Source of the DNA: Candidatus Saccharimonadota bacterium
GTDB taxonomy: Bacteria; Pseudomonadota; Gammaproteobacteria; Enterobacterales; Enterobacteriaceae
Direction of reading: 5' to 3'
DNA: 32,000 nt
Assembly: GCF_017656055.1 (NCBI RefSeq)
Contig: NZ_CP069383.1
Location: forward strand, 168,314-200,313
The stretch's first letter is position 1; every line of letters starts with the position of its first letter. The position numbers and the translations under genes are program-made. Positions 11,580-21,195 of this stretch are shown here, piece by piece. The notes under the pieces were generated by a model, which was not told the DNA's origin, made no database searches, and saw only the letters and a list, made by a program, of their open reading frames with translations.

Positions 11580-12117
11580 AGTAAAATTATATAATTTTTA
11601 TAAAAAAAAAATTATATATAAAATGAATGAAGTATTTAATTATAAATCTATAATGCAAGTTCCGAATATTTCAAAGATAGTTATAAATATTGGATTAGGT
11701 AGATATATATCTGATAAAAAAATGTTGGATTATGCATATAATGATTTATCTAAAATATCTTGTCAAAAACCAATTTTTACTAAAGCTAAGAAGTCTAATT
11801 CTAATTTTAAAATTAGAAAAGGATTTAATATTGGACTTAAAGTAACTTTAAGAAAAAGAAAAATGTGGTCTTTTATTGAAAAAATGATATATGTTGTTAT
11901 GCCTAGAATAAGGGATTTTAGGGGTTTATCTGAAAATTCATTTGATAAGTTTGGAAATTATAATTTAGGAATTAAGGAACATATAATTTTTACAGATATA
12001 GAATATGATAAAATTTATAAAATAATTGGTATGGATATAAATATTTCTATAAGGTCAAATAGTATAAATGAATCTTTGTATTTATTAAAGATGTTAAAAT
12101 TTCCTTTTAAAAAATAA
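11566..12117 (+). CDS. rplE: 50S ribosomal protein L5
   Basis: 183 aa. 'VPNISKIVINIGLG' and 'FRGLSENSFDKFGNYNLGIKEHIIF'. Its start overlaps rplX by 14 nt. Confidence 0.87.
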   Translation: MKMIKVKLYNFYKKKIIYKMNEVFNYKSIMQVPNISKIVINIGLGRYISDKKMLDYAYNDLSKISCQKPIFTKAKKSNSNFKIRKGFNIGLKVTLRKRKMWSFIEKMIYVVMPRIRDFRGLSENSFDKFGNYNLGIKEHIIFTDIEYDKIYKIIGMDINISIRSNSINESLYLLKMLKFPFKK

Positions 12118-12132
12118 AAATTAAAAATAAAT

Positions 12133-12438
12133 ATGACAAAAAAATCATTAATAGAAAGAAATAATAAAAGAAAATTATTAATAAATAAATATTATATAAA
12201 AAGAAAAAAATTAAATTTTATAATAAAATCAAATAAATTTAGTAGTTTAGATAAATGGAAAGCTAATATAAAATTGCAATTATTACCTAAAGATTCATCT
12301 ATAGTAAGATTAAGAAATAGATGTTATATTACAGGAAGACCAAGAGGTTTTATTAGATACTTTGGTTTAAGTAGAATAAAATTTAGAGAATTGTCATTAT
12401 TAGGTAATATACCTGGTATTAAAAAATCTAGTTGGTAA
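12133..12438 (+). CDS. rpsN: 30S ribosomal protein S14
   Basis: 101 aa. 'RNRCYITGRPRGFIRYFGLSRIKFRELSLLGNIPGIKKSSW' is the S14 C-terminus. Confidence 0.9.
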   Translation: MTKKSLIERNNKRKLLINKYYIKRKKLNFIIKSNKFSSLDKWKANIKLQLLPKDSSIVRLRNRCYITGRPRGFIRYFGLSRIKFRELSLLGNIPGIKKSSW

Positions 12439-12448
12439 AAATATAATT

Positions 12449-12847
12449 ATGAATATACAAGATCCAATATCTGATATGATAGTAAATATAAAAAATGGTC
12501 AATTATCTAATAAAAAGTTTATTTTTACATATTATTCTAAATTAAAATTTAATATATTAAATATTTTAAAAAATGAAGGTTTTATAAAAAAAATATTTTT
12601 TTTGAAATTTAAAAATAATGTTAATAAAATAAAAATATTTTTAAAATATTATAAAAATAAACCTGTTATAGAAAATATTAATATAATTAGTAAACCTAGT
12701 TTAAGAATATATATTAAAAAAAATTTTGTTAATAGATTTAAATTTAATTTTGGAGTATATATAATATCTACTTCAAAAGGAGTATTTACTGATAAAGATA
12801 TTAAAAAAATTGGTATAGGTGGTGAATTATTATGTTATGTAAATTAA
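12449..12847 (+). CDS. rpsH: 30S ribosomal protein S8
   Basis: 132 aa. 'DPISDMIVNIKNG', 'LKNEGFI' and 'IISTSKGVFTDKDIKKIGIGGELLCYV'. Confidence 0.87.
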   Translation: MNIQDPISDMIVNIKNGQLSNKKFIFTYYSKLKFNILNILKNEGFIKKIFFLKFKNNVNKIKIFLKYYKNKPVIENINIISKPSLRIYIKKNFVNRFKFNFGVYIISTSKGVFTDKDIKKIGIGGELLCYVN

Positions 12848-13425
12848 AATATTTTAATGAAAGTAAATTTATTTCTCGTATTGCGAAAATAAATATATTA
12901 TTGCCTAATAATATAAATATTAGATATATTAATAATATATTATATTTTGATAATAATATTTATTTTTATGAATTAAAAATAAAAAAAATAATTTTAATTA
13001 TAGTAAAAGATAAATATATTAGTATTAATATAAATAAAAAATATATTAAAAATAAAAAGGAATTGAAATTCTGCAAATCTTATTCTGGAACTATAAAATC
13101 ATTAATAAGTAATATTATATTTGGATTAAATTTTGGTTTTTATAAAAAAATTATTATTTATGGAATAGGTTATAAATTAAATGTTGAGAATAATATTTTA
13201 ATTTTTAATTTAGGATATTCTCATTTAATAAAATGTAAAGTTCCTATAAATATATTAATTAAAGATTATAATAATAATGAAATAATTTTATTTAGTTATG
13301 ATAAAGAGGCCTTAGGAAATTTTTGTAATGAAATAAAAATGTTAAGAAAACCTGATGTATACAAAGGTAAAGGAATAAGATATGATAATGATATTATAAA
13401 AATAAAAAATTTTAGAAAAAAATAA
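12832..13425 (+). CDS. rplF: 50S ribosomal protein L6
   Basis: 197 aa. 'SRIAK' near the N-terminus, 'GIGYKL', 'LGYSHLI' and 'LRKPDVYKGKGIRY'. The only in-frame ATG is at 12832, giving a 16-nt overlap with rpsH, and the exact start is uncertain. Confidence 0.75.
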   Translation: MLCKLKYFNESKFISRIAKINILLPNNINIRYINNILYFDNNIYFYELKIKKIILIIVKDKYISININKKYIKNKKELKFCKSYSGTIKSLISNIIFGLNFGFYKKIIIYGIGYKLNVENNILIFNLGYSHLIKCKVPINILIKDYNNNEIILFSYDKEALGNFCNEIKMLRKPDVYKGKGIRYDNDIIKIKNFRKK

Positions 13426-13426
13426 T

Positions 13427-13807
13427 ATGAATTTAAAAAAAAAGACAAAATTTAGATTATTAAATAAAAATAAAAATTTTTATAGAATGTTAATATATAA
13501 AACTAATAAACATATATATGTAAATATATATAATAATTTTTTAAATAAAAATATATTGTCTATATCTACATTAAATAAAAATATAAGAAAAAAATTATTA
13601 ATTAATAATATTAAAAATAATAATATAAAATCTGCTAAATATATTAGTGAAATAATATTAGAAAAATGTTTAAATATTAATTTATTAAACAATGTTATTG
13701 TAGATATTTCAGGTTTTAAATATCATGGAAAAATAAAAATTATAGTAGAAAAATTGAAAAATGGTAATATAATTTATAATAAAAAATATAATAAAAATAA
13801 TGATTAA
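13427..13807 (+). CDS. rplR: 50S ribosomal protein L18
   Basis: 126 aa. 'YRMLIYKTNKHIYVNIYN' and 'VIVDISGFKYHGKIKIIVEKLKNGNI' fit the L18 pattern (..FDRgGy.YHGrv.ala.aaRe.GL.F). Confidence 0.75.
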   Translation: MNLKKKTKFRLLNKNKNFYRMLIYKTNKHIYVNIYNNFLNKNILSISTLNKNIRKKLLINNIKNNNIKSAKYISEIILEKCLNINLLNNVIVDISGFKYHGKIKIIVEKLKNGNIIYNKKYNKNND

Positions 13808-14276
13808 GGAAAAATTAGTATTTGTTAATAGAGTATCAAAAACTATAAAAGGTGGTAGAATTTTTGGGTTTACTGCTTTAACTGTTGTTGGAGATGATAT
13901 TAATAATAAAATTGGTTTTGCTTATGAAAAGGCTAAAGAAGTTCCTTTAGCTATAAGTAAATCTTTTGAAAAAGCAAAGAAAAGAATGGAAAAAGTTGAA
14001 TTATATAATAATACTATACCTTGTTATGTAACAGCTGTTCATATATCATCTAAAGTTGTATTAATACCTTCTTTTAATAATACAGGTATAATATCAAGTA
14101 ATACTATGAAATCTATTTTTTATGTTTTAGGAATTGAAAATATTATTTCTAAATCTTATGGATCTAGTAATCCAATAAATATAGTTATAGCTACAATAAA
14201 AGCTTTAAAAAAAATTAAATCATTAAGATATATTTCTAAGAAAAGAAATTTAAATATAAAAAAAGTAATATTTTAA
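13800..14276 (+). CDS. rpsE: 30S ribosomal protein S5
   Basis: 158 aa. 'VNRVSKTIKGGRIFGFTALTVVGD' and 'KAKEVPLAISKSFEKAKK'. Overlaps rplR by 8 nt (ATGATTAA). Confidence 0.88.
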   Translation: MIKEKLVFVNRVSKTIKGGRIFGFTALTVVGDDINNKIGFAYEKAKEVPLAISKSFEKAKKRMEKVELYNNTIPCYVTAVHISSKVVLIPSFNNTGIISSNTMKSIFYVLGIENIISKSYGSSNPINIVIATIKALKKIKSLRYISKKRNLNIKKVIF

Positions 14277-14280
14277 ATAA

Positions 14281-14715
14281 ATGTTTAATTTAACTAAATC
14301 TAAAAATTTAAAAAAAAAAAAAAGAATTTGTAGAGGTAATGGATCTGGTAATGGTAAAACAGGTGGAAGAGGTAATAAAGGACAAAAATCTAGATCAGGT
14401 TATAAACATAAAAGATCTTTTGAAGGTGGACAATCTTCTATATATAGAAGAATACCTAAATTTGGGTTTAATAATAAAAATAAAAAAAAATATAGAATAA
14501 TAAAATTATTAGATTTATATAAAATAAAAGAGAATTTAATAGATATAAATGTATTAAAAAAATATAAAATAATAGGTACTAATGATAATAATGTAAAAAT
14601 AATTTTAAATAAAAATAATAATATATTAAAATTTAAATATATTAAAAATATAAAATTATCTAAAAGTATATGTAATATTATTAAAAATAGTGGAGGAATT
14701 ATATTAAATGATTGA
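14281..14715 (+). CDS. rplO: 50S ribosomal protein L15
   Basis: 144 aa. '[23 protein letters not shown]' and '[17 protein letters not shown]'. It follows rpsE directly, with no rpmD between them. Confidence 0.88.
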   Translation: MFNLTKSKNLKKKKRICRGNGSGNGKTGGRGNKGQKSRSGYKHKRSFEGGQSSIYRRIPKFGFNNKNKKKYRIIKLLDLYKIKENLIDINVLKKYKIIGTNDNNVKIILNKNNNILKFKYIKNIKLSKSICNIIKNSGGIILND

Positions 14716-15976
14716 TTTTTTAATAAATAAATTATTTTTTTTTTTTAGATATATTAATTTTTATTTTTTAAAAATTTATAAAAAAGTACTATTTATATTT
14801 TTTTTTATTTTTATATTAAGATTTGGTTATTTTATTAATATTCCTTTTTTAAATAATATTAGTAATACTAAAAAATTTTCTTTTTTAAATATATTTAATA
14901 TATTATCAGCTGGATCAATAAATAATTATTCTATATTTTCATTGGGAATAACTCCATATGTTACTTCTTATTATTTGATACAATTTTTGTATATTATATT
15001 TTTAAAACATAATAAAAAAAATAATAATAATTTTGTTTATTTATTATATTTTTTATTTAATATTATTCAATCAATTTTTTTTATTAATTTTAATTATAAA
15101 AATTTTTTATTTAAAAATAAAATAGATTATTTTATATCTTTATTTAGTATTATATTAGGATCTAATATATTATTATGGTTAAGTAATCAAATAAATATTT
15201 ATGGAATAGGAAATGGTAATTCATTTATAATTTTAATAAGTATTATTAATAATATTATTCCTAATATTATTAGTATATTTAATTTTTTTAAAGTAATTAA
15301 TTTTATAAATGTTATAAAATTAATTTTTTGTTTTTTAATATTATTAATATTATTATATATAATAATATTTATTGAGTTATCTTATATAAAAATATTTGTA
15401 AATTTTCCTAAAAGATATTATGGTGTTAATATAAATAATGATTTTGATACTTATATACCAATAAAGATAAATATTTCTGGAATAAATTCTTATATATTTT
15501 CTTATAATTTGTTTTATATAATAAAATATATTTTTATTTTTTTGAATAAAATTTTTAATAGTCCTTTTTTTCTTAAGATAGTATTTTTTTTAAATGAAAA
15601 TAATATTTTTTTTAAAATTTTTAATTTTATTTTTATATTTATTTTTTCTTATATAAATACTTTAGTTTTATATAATGTTAAAGAAATATCAGATAATTTA
15701 AAAAAATCAGGATCTTTTATAAATGGAATAAAACCTGGATTATATACTGAAAATTATATTAATAATATAATAAAAAATGTTATTATTTTAAATTCATTTT
15801 ATTTAAATTTAATATATTTTATGTTAGAATTTTTAAATAATATAATTAATGTTAAAATTGATTTATCTTATTTTTTTATAGTTTTATTAATAATAATAGA
15901 ATTTATATTACAAATTAAATATTATTTTTTATCATATAAATATGATATTATATTAAAAAAAATGAATTTAAAATAA
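14708..15976 (+). CDS. secY: Protein translocase subunit SecY (extremely F/I/N-rich)
   Basis: 422 aa and multi-TM. '[15 protein letters not shown]' resembles E. coli 'GIMPYISASIIIQLL'. '[15 protein letters not shown]' resembles 'GIGNGISIIIFAGIV'. Lies between rplO and rpmJ. Confidence 0.85.
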   Translation: MIDFLINKLFFFFRYINFYFLKIYKKVLFIFFFIFILRFGYFINIPFLNNISNTKKFSFLNIFNILSAGSINNYSIFSLGITPYVTSYYLIQFLYIIFLKHNKKNNNNFVYLLYFLFNIIQSIFFINFNYKNFLFKNKIDYFISLFSIILGSNILLWLSNQINIYGIGNGNSFIILISIINNIIPNIISIFNFFKVINFINVIKLIFCFLILLILLYIIIFIELSYIKIFVNFPKRYYGVNINNDFDTYIPIKINISGINSYIFSYNLFYIIKYIFIFLNKIFNSPFFLKIVFFLNENNIFFKIFNFIFIFIFSYINTLVLYNVKEISDNLKKSGSFINGIKPGLYTENYINNIIKNVIILNSFYLNLIYFMLEFLNNIINVKIDLSYFFIVLLIIIEFILQIKYYFLSYKYDIILKKMNLK

Positions 15977-15994
15977 TTTTAAATATATAAAATT

Positions 15995-16108
15995 ATGAAA
16001 GTAAGAACTTCTGTAAAAAAAATTTGTATATATTGTAAAATTGTAAAAAGAAATAATATAATTAAAGTTATATGTAAAAATTCTAAACATAAACAAAGAC
16101 AAGGTTAA
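15995..16108 (+). CDS. rpmJ: 50S ribosomal protein L36
   Basis: Not in the ORF track (37 aa). My translation is '[37 protein letters not shown]', with the CxxC...C...H zinc-ribbon pattern. Canonical position between secY and rpsM. Confidence 0.92.
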   Translation: MKVRTSVKKICIYCKIVKRNNIIKVICKNSKHKQRQG

Positions 16109-16113
16109 AAAAA

Positions 16114-16464
16114 ATGAGAATAATTGGAAAAAATATACCAGATAATAAATGTATATATATATCGTTAACTTATATATATGGTATAGGTAAATCTTTATCA
16201 TTAAAAATATGTAATAAATTAAATATATATTTATATAAAAAAGTTTGTGATTTAGATGAAAATGAAATAAATTTAATAAGAAAGGAATTATCAAATTATA
16301 TAATAGAAGGAGAATTAATAAGAAATAATTCATTTAATATAAAGAAATTAATAGATATAGGTACTTATAGAGGATTTAGACATAAAAAAAAATTACCTTG
16401 TAGAGGTCAAAGAACTAGAACAAATTCTAAAACATGTAAAAAAAAAAAAAATAAAATTTTTTAA
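16114..16464 (+). CDS. rpsM: 30S ribosomal protein S13
   Basis: 116 aa. 'MRIIGKNIPDNKCIYISLTYIYGIG' and 'YRGFRHKKKLPCRGQRTRTNSKT'. Confidence 0.92.
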   Translation: MRIIGKNIPDNKCIYISLTYIYGIGKSLSLKICNKLNIYLYKKVCDLDENEINLIRKELSNYIIEGELIRNNSFNIKKLIDIGTYRGFRHKKKLPCRGQRTRTNSKTCKKKKNKIF

Positions 16465-16484
16465 AAATTAAAATTAAATAATAT

Positions 16485-16874
16485 ATGAAGAAATCTTTAA
16501 ATAAAAAAAAAAAAAACATAAAAAAAAATATAGTTGAAGGTATAGCATATATACAGTCTACATTTAATAATACTATAATTAGTATAACAGATAAATTTGG
16601 TAATGTTTTAGGTTGGTCTTCATCAGGAAATTCTGGTTTTAAAGGATCTAAGAAGTCAACATCTTTTGCTGCTCAAATGGCATCTGAAAAATGTTGTGAT
16701 AAAATAAAAGAATATGGTATAAAATTTTTACATATTAAAGTTTCTGGACCTGGTCCAGGTAGAGAATCTAGTATAAGATCTTTAAATAATTATGGATTCA
16801 TAATTAAAAGTATTACGGATATTACACCTATACCACATAATGGATGTAGATCTCCAAAAAGAAGAAGAGTATAA
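16485..16874 (+). CDS. rpsK: 30S ribosomal protein S11
   Basis: 129 aa. '[14 protein letters not shown]', '[14 protein letters not shown]' and '[20 protein letters not shown]'. Confidence 0.95.
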   Translation: MKKSLNKKKKNIKKNIVEGIAYIQSTFNNTIISITDKFGNVLGWSSSGNSGFKGSKKSTSFAAQMASEKCCDKIKEYGIKFLHIKVSGPGPGRESSIRSLNNYGFIIKSITDITPIPHNGCRSPKRRRV

Positions 16875-16895
16875 AAAAAAATAAAAAATACAATT

Positions 16896-17498
16896 ATGTC
16901 AAAATATATAGGACCAAAAATAAAAATATATAAAAAAATAGGAATATATTTAAATAAAAAGATAAAATCTAAAAATTTAACTAAAAAGTATAAAAAAAAA
17001 AATATTAATTATAAGAATAAAGTTACTGAATATTGTATTAGATTAAAAGAAAAACAAAAATTAAAAAAAATTTATTATTTATTTGAAAAACAATTTTTTA
17101 ATTATTATAAAAAATCTATAAAGTATAAAAATTCTGAAGAAAAGTTATTTCAATTGTTAGAGATGAGACTAGATAATGTTGTTTCAAAAATAGGTATATC
17201 AAAAACTATATTAGGATCTAGACAATTTATAAATCATAAGTTTATATTAATTAATAATAAAATTGTTAATATACCTTCTTATATTTTAAAAGTTAATGAT
17301 GTAATAACTATTCATAATAAATTTAAATTAAATAATTCTTTTAATATGTTATTGAAATCTTATAATAAGAATATTAATTGGATAAATATAAATATAAAAA
17401 ATAATAATTTTAGTGCAGAAATAATAAGTATTCCTAAAGTTATTGATATAAATAAAAATATTAATTTTAATTTAATTAGAGAATTATATTCAAAATAA
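16896..17498 (+). CDS. rpsD: 30S ribosomal protein S4
   Basis: 200 aa. N-terminus 'MSKYIGPK'. 'LEMRLDNVVSKIGISKTILGSRQFINHKFILINNKIVNIPSYILKVNDVI' is the S4 RNA-binding domain. Confidence 0.85.
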   Translation: MSKYIGPKIKIYKKIGIYLNKKIKSKNLTKKYKKKNINYKNKVTEYCIRLKEKQKLKKIYYLFEKQFFNYYKKSIKYKNSEEKLFQLLEMRLDNVVSKIGISKTILGSRQFINHKFILINNKIVNIPSYILKVNDVITIHNKFKLNNSFNMLLKSYNKNINWININIKNNNFSAEIISIPKVIDINKNINFNLIRELYSK

Positions 17499-17507
17499 AT
17501 AAAAACT

Positions 17508-18593
17508 ATGTTTAAATTAATAAATTCTTTTTTAAAACCTAATATTGTAAATATAGAAAAAGTTAATAAATTTCATTCTAAAATAACATTAGAACCAATG
17601 GAAAAAGGTTTTGGTAATACTATTGGTAATTCTTTAAGAAGAATTTTATTGTCATCTATACCTGGTTATAAAATAACTGAAGTTGAAATTGATGGAGTCT
17701 ATCATGAATATGGTGTGATAAATGGTATAAGAGAAGATATATTAGAAATTATATTAAATATAAAAAATATTCCTATTAAAATTATAAATGATTTTGATTT
17801 TGAATATATAAATATAAAAAATGTAAAATCAGGTATAATAAAATCTAAAGATATATTATGTAATGATAATATTATTATTATTGATCCTAATTATTATTTA
17901 TTTACTATTAATGATAATATTTTTATTAATATGAAAATGAAAGTTCAGAAAGGTATAGGTTATTTATATAATAGTTCTTATGATAAAAAAAATAATTTAG
18001 GAAAAATTTTAATAGATACACACTTTAGTCCAATAAATAAAGTTTTATATTATGTAGAAAATACTAGAATAAATAATAAAATAGATTTAGATAAATTAAT
18101 AATAGAAATAGAGACTAATGGAACTATAGAAGCTGAAGAATCTATTAAAATAGCTGCTAATATATTAATAAATCAACTAAATATATTTTTAGATTTAAAT
18201 AAATTTAATAATAATTTTAATAACATAAATAATAATAAATCTTTAAATAAAGAAGTTATTAGTAATGAAATTAAAGATTTTAATAAAAATTTTTTTATTG
18301 AATTAATAGAATTGTATAAAGAATTTAATGTAAACCCTATATTTTTTAAAAAAATAAATAATTTAAATTTAACAGTTAGATCATTAAATTGTTTAAAAAA
18401 TGATAATATATTATATATAGGACATTTAGTTCAAATAAAAGAACAAGATTTATTAAAAATTTCTAATTTAGGTAAAAAATCATTAATTGAAATTAAAAAT
18501 AGTTTAAAAAATTTAAATTTAAAATTTGATACTTATATAAAAGATTGGGATAAAATGTTTTCTAGTTTTTTAAAAATAATAAATAAAAAATAA
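17508..18593 (+). CDS. rpoA: DNA-directed RNA polymerase subunit alpha (with expanded N/K-rich interdomain linker)
   Basis: 361 aa. NTD 'LEPMEKGFGNTIGNSLRRILLSSIPG'. CTD helix-hairpin-helix 'LNLTVRSLNCLKNDNILYIGHLVQIKEQDLLKISNLGKKSLIEIK'. Confidence 0.93.
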   Translation: MFKLINSFLKPNIVNIEKVNKFHSKITLEPMEKGFGNTIGNSLRRILLSSIPGYKITEVEIDGVYHEYGVINGIREDILEIILNIKNIPIKIINDFDFEYINIKNVKSGIIKSKDILCNDNIIIIDPNYYLFTINDNIFINMKMKVQKGIGYLYNSSYDKKNNLGKILIDTHFSPINKVLYYVENTRINNKIDLDKLIIEIETNGTIEAEESIKIAANILINQLNIFLDLNKFNNNFNNINNNKSLNKEVISNEIKDFNKNFFIELIELYKEFNVNPIFFKKINNLNLTVRSLNCLKNDNILYIGHLVQIKEQDLLKISNLGKKSLIEIKNSLKNLNLKFDTYIKDWDKMFSSFLKIINKK

Positions 18594-18594
18594 T

Positions 18595-18945
18595 ATGCGT
18601 CATTTACTTAAAAAAAAACATTTTAATATGTCTAGAGGACATTATAAAATGTTATTTAAAAATTTATGTAATTCTTTAATAAAATACGAAAAAATTAAAA
18701 CTACTATAAAAAGAGCTAAGGAAATAAAAAAAATAATAGAACCTATTATTAATAGATCAAAAGTAAATATATTACATAATAAAAGAATTGTATATTCATA
18801 TTTAAATAATAGAAATAATGTATATAAATTATTTAATGATATAGGATATAGATATAAAAATAGAAATGGAGGTTATACTAGAATAAATAAATTATATTAT
18901 AGAAAAGGTGATAGTTCATTAATAGTTTGTATCTCATTAGTATAA
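18595..18945 (+). CDS. rplQ: 50S ribosomal protein L17
   Basis: 116 aa. 'MRHLLKKKHFNMSRGHYKMLFKNL', 'IKTTIKRAKEIKKIIEPII' and 'GGYTRI'. Last gene of the alpha cluster. Confidence 0.88.
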   Translation: MRHLLKKKHFNMSRGHYKMLFKNLCNSLIKYEKIKTTIKRAKEIKKIIEPIINRSKVNILHNKRIVYSYLNNRNNVYKLFNDIGYRYKNRNGGYTRINKLYYRKGDSSLIVCISLV

Positions 18946-20244
18946 TTTTATAATTTTTGAATAAAAAAAACCTTCAATATTTAAATTATTGTCTTGTATT
19001 ATTTTTATACCAAAAGTATTTTTATCTTCATTTAATATTGAAATGATATTTTTATTATTTTTAATTATTTTTTTTATTTGATTTTTATTTTCTTCATTTA
19101 ATATTGAACATGTTAAATATATTATATATCCACCTTTTTTTAAATATTTTATAGAATTTTTTAATAATTCATATTGTTCATTTATTAAAAAATCAAATGT
19201 TTTTTTATTTTTAAATATAGAATCAGGTTTTTTATACATATTTCCTGTTGATGTACATGGTGCATCTATTAATATTTTATCAAATGTATTATAATATTTT
19301 TTATCTAAATTTTTAGAATTTTTATTTATAAAAAATATATTATTATTTTTTTTTATTTTTAATCTTTTTATATTTTTTTTTATTAAGTTAATTTTTTTTC
19401 TGTTTTTTTCTACTAATACTATTTTTTTTATATTTGGACATGTTTCTAATATATGTAAAGATTTATTTCCAGGTGCAGAACACATATCTAATATAGTATC
19501 ATTTATTTTAGGATCTATAATACATATACATTTTTGTGATGATATGTTTTGTATACTTATAATTCCATTTTTATATAAATAAGATAATATTTTTTTATTA
19601 AAATAAAAATTACTTATACCTATTGAATAAGGAAATTTTTTGTACTTTATAAATTTTATATTTTTTTTTTCTAAAAAAATATAAAATTTATTTATATTTT
19701 TTATTATACCTTTATTTATTCTTATCCATAAATATTTATTTTTTTTTGGTAATAATATATTTTTAATTTTATTATTATTTTTTATATTTTTAATTATTTT
19801 ATTTATTATAAAATTATTTTTATAAAAATTATTTTTTTTAATATAATATAATATATTATTATTTGTCATTAGCATTTTGTCTTTATATTTAAATAATATA
19901 TTTAAATATTTTATTATATATTTATATACATTATTTATTTTAATTATTTTTAATATTTTTTTTATTTCTGAATATAAAATATATTTTTTTAAATTTTTAT
20001 AATACATATCATATATTATTATACATATTAAATAATATAAAATATTATTTTTTTTTATATTATTTTTAATAAATCCTATTATATATTTTATAAAAACAAA
20101 ATTTCTAATTATATTAAAACATCTATTTTTTATAAAAATAAAATTTTCTTTATTTTTTATTTTATATATATTTGTTAATGTGAATTTATTATTTATTATT
20201 TTTTTTATTATAAATATACATTTTAACCTATTATTATTTTTCAT
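18937..20244 (-). CDS. rsmB: 16S rRNA (cytosine-C5)-methyltransferase RsmB/Sun-like
   Basis: 435 aa. SAM-binding 'ILDMCSAPGNKSLHI' and catalytic 'ILIDAPCTSTGNMYKKPD', with 'YLTCSILNEEN'. Lies downstream of def-fmt as in E. coli. Confidence 0.82.
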   Translation of the reverse strand: MKNNNRLKCIFIIKKIINNKFTLTNIYKIKNKENFIFIKNRCFNIIRNFVFIKYIIGFIKNNIKKNNILYYLICIIIYDMYYKNLKKYILYSEIKKILKIIKINNVYKYIIKYLNILFKYKDKMLMTNNNILYYIKKNNFYKNNFIINKIIKNIKNNNKIKNILLPKKNKYLWIRINKGIIKNINKFYIFLEKKNIKFIKYKKFPYSIGISNFYFNKKILSYLYKNGIISIQNISSQKCICIIDPKINDTILDMCSAPGNKSLHILETCPNIKKIVLVEKNRKKINLIKKNIKRLKIKKNNNIFFINKNSKNLDKKYYNTFDKILIDAPCTSTGNMYKKPDSIFKNKKTFDFLINEQYELLKNSIKYLKKGGYIIYLTCSILNEENKNQIKKIIKNNKNIISILNEDKNTFGIKIIQDNNLNIEGFFYSKIIKLY

Positions 20245-21193
20245 CTATATATGAATCTTTTTTAAAAATTTTTATTTTTTTAGAATTTATTAAATCTTTT
20301 ATTGTTGTTGGATTTTTATTAGGAAATTGTATTTTTTTTAATACTATTAATCCTTTATTTACTTTTATATATATACCATAATTATTAATTAAATATATTT
20401 TTTTAATTTCATTATTAATATTTTTATCAAATATATATTCATGTTTTATTATTTTTATATTTATATTTTTATATATAAAAAAACTTTTTATCTTATAATT
20501 AAATAATCTTATTTTTAAATCAATTTTTTTTATATTATTATTGAAATTTATTTTAGATTCATATTTATGTATTTTTTTTGTTATTTTTTTTTTTATATTA
20601 ATTTTTAAACATTTATCTATTTTTAATATTTTTTTATTAAGAAGAATATTTCTTAATATTTTTAATATACAAAATGAAGAAAATTTTGCTAATTTAATAT
20701 ATAAATTATAATAATTTTCATTTTTTTTTATTTTTATATATGATCTAAATATTATTTCTCCATTATCTATTATTTTATTTATTTTAAATATTGTAATTCC
20801 TGAAATTTTATCTTTATTAATTATAGTATTATATATAGGTGAAGGTCCTATATATTTTGGTAATATTGAAGCATGTATATTAATAAATCCATATTTTACT
20901 ATATTTAATATTTTATCTGGAAATATTATTCCAAATGATGAAATAATTATTAATTTTATTTTATTATTATTTATAATATTTATTGAAATTTTATTTTCTA
21001 TATTATATTTATTTATATATAATATTTTTATATTATTTTCTTTTGAAAAATTTATTATGGAATTTATTTCTTTATTTTTTTTTTTTATATCTTTTAATAT
21101 TATATAAACAATATTATATAATTTTATTTTATTTATTTCTATTATATTTATTAATGAAAATAAATCTGATCCTGCAAAAATTATATTTATCAT
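20234..21193 (-). CDS. fmt: Methionyl-tRNA formyltransferase
   Basis: 319 aa. 'IIFAGSDLFS' and 'INIHASILPKYIGPSPI' (HxSLLPxxRG motif). def-fmt pairing. Confidence 0.87.
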   Translation of the reverse strand: MINIIFAGSDLFSLINIIEINKIKLYNIVYIILKDIKKKNKEINSIINFSKENNIKILYINKYNIENKISINIINNNKIKLIIISSFGIIFPDKILNIVKYGFINIHASILPKYIGPSPIYNTIINKDKISGITIFKINKIIDNGEIIFRSYIKIKKNENYYNLYIKLAKFSSFCILKILRNILLNKKILKIDKCLKINIKKKITKKIHKYESKINFNNNIKKIDLKIRLFNYKIKSFFIYKNINIKIIKHEYIFDKNINNEIKKIYLINNYGIYIKVNKGLIVLKKIQFPNKNPTTIKDLINSKKIKIFKKDSYIDEK

Positions 21194-21195
21194 AA

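Noticed and set aside
7725-14715. Possible UGA=Trp recoding (code 4), as in some tiny symbiont genomes. rplD and rplO end in TGA, and read-through would add only 3-5 codons before the next stop.
   Set aside because: No conserved gene in the window has an internal TGA; all give full-length products under code 11. The conserved Trp positions I checked use TGG, for example 'MDWMKQE' in fusA and 'TPWGK' in rplB.
15968-16333. A 121-aa minus-strand ORF spanning the secY-rpmJ-rpsM junction, which could be mistaken for a real gene filling the apparent gap in the ORF track.
   Set aside because: The apparent gap is occupied by the 37-aa L36 gene (15995..16108), which the track omits because of its length. 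The minus-strand ORF is antisense to rpmJ and rpsM and is low-complexity.
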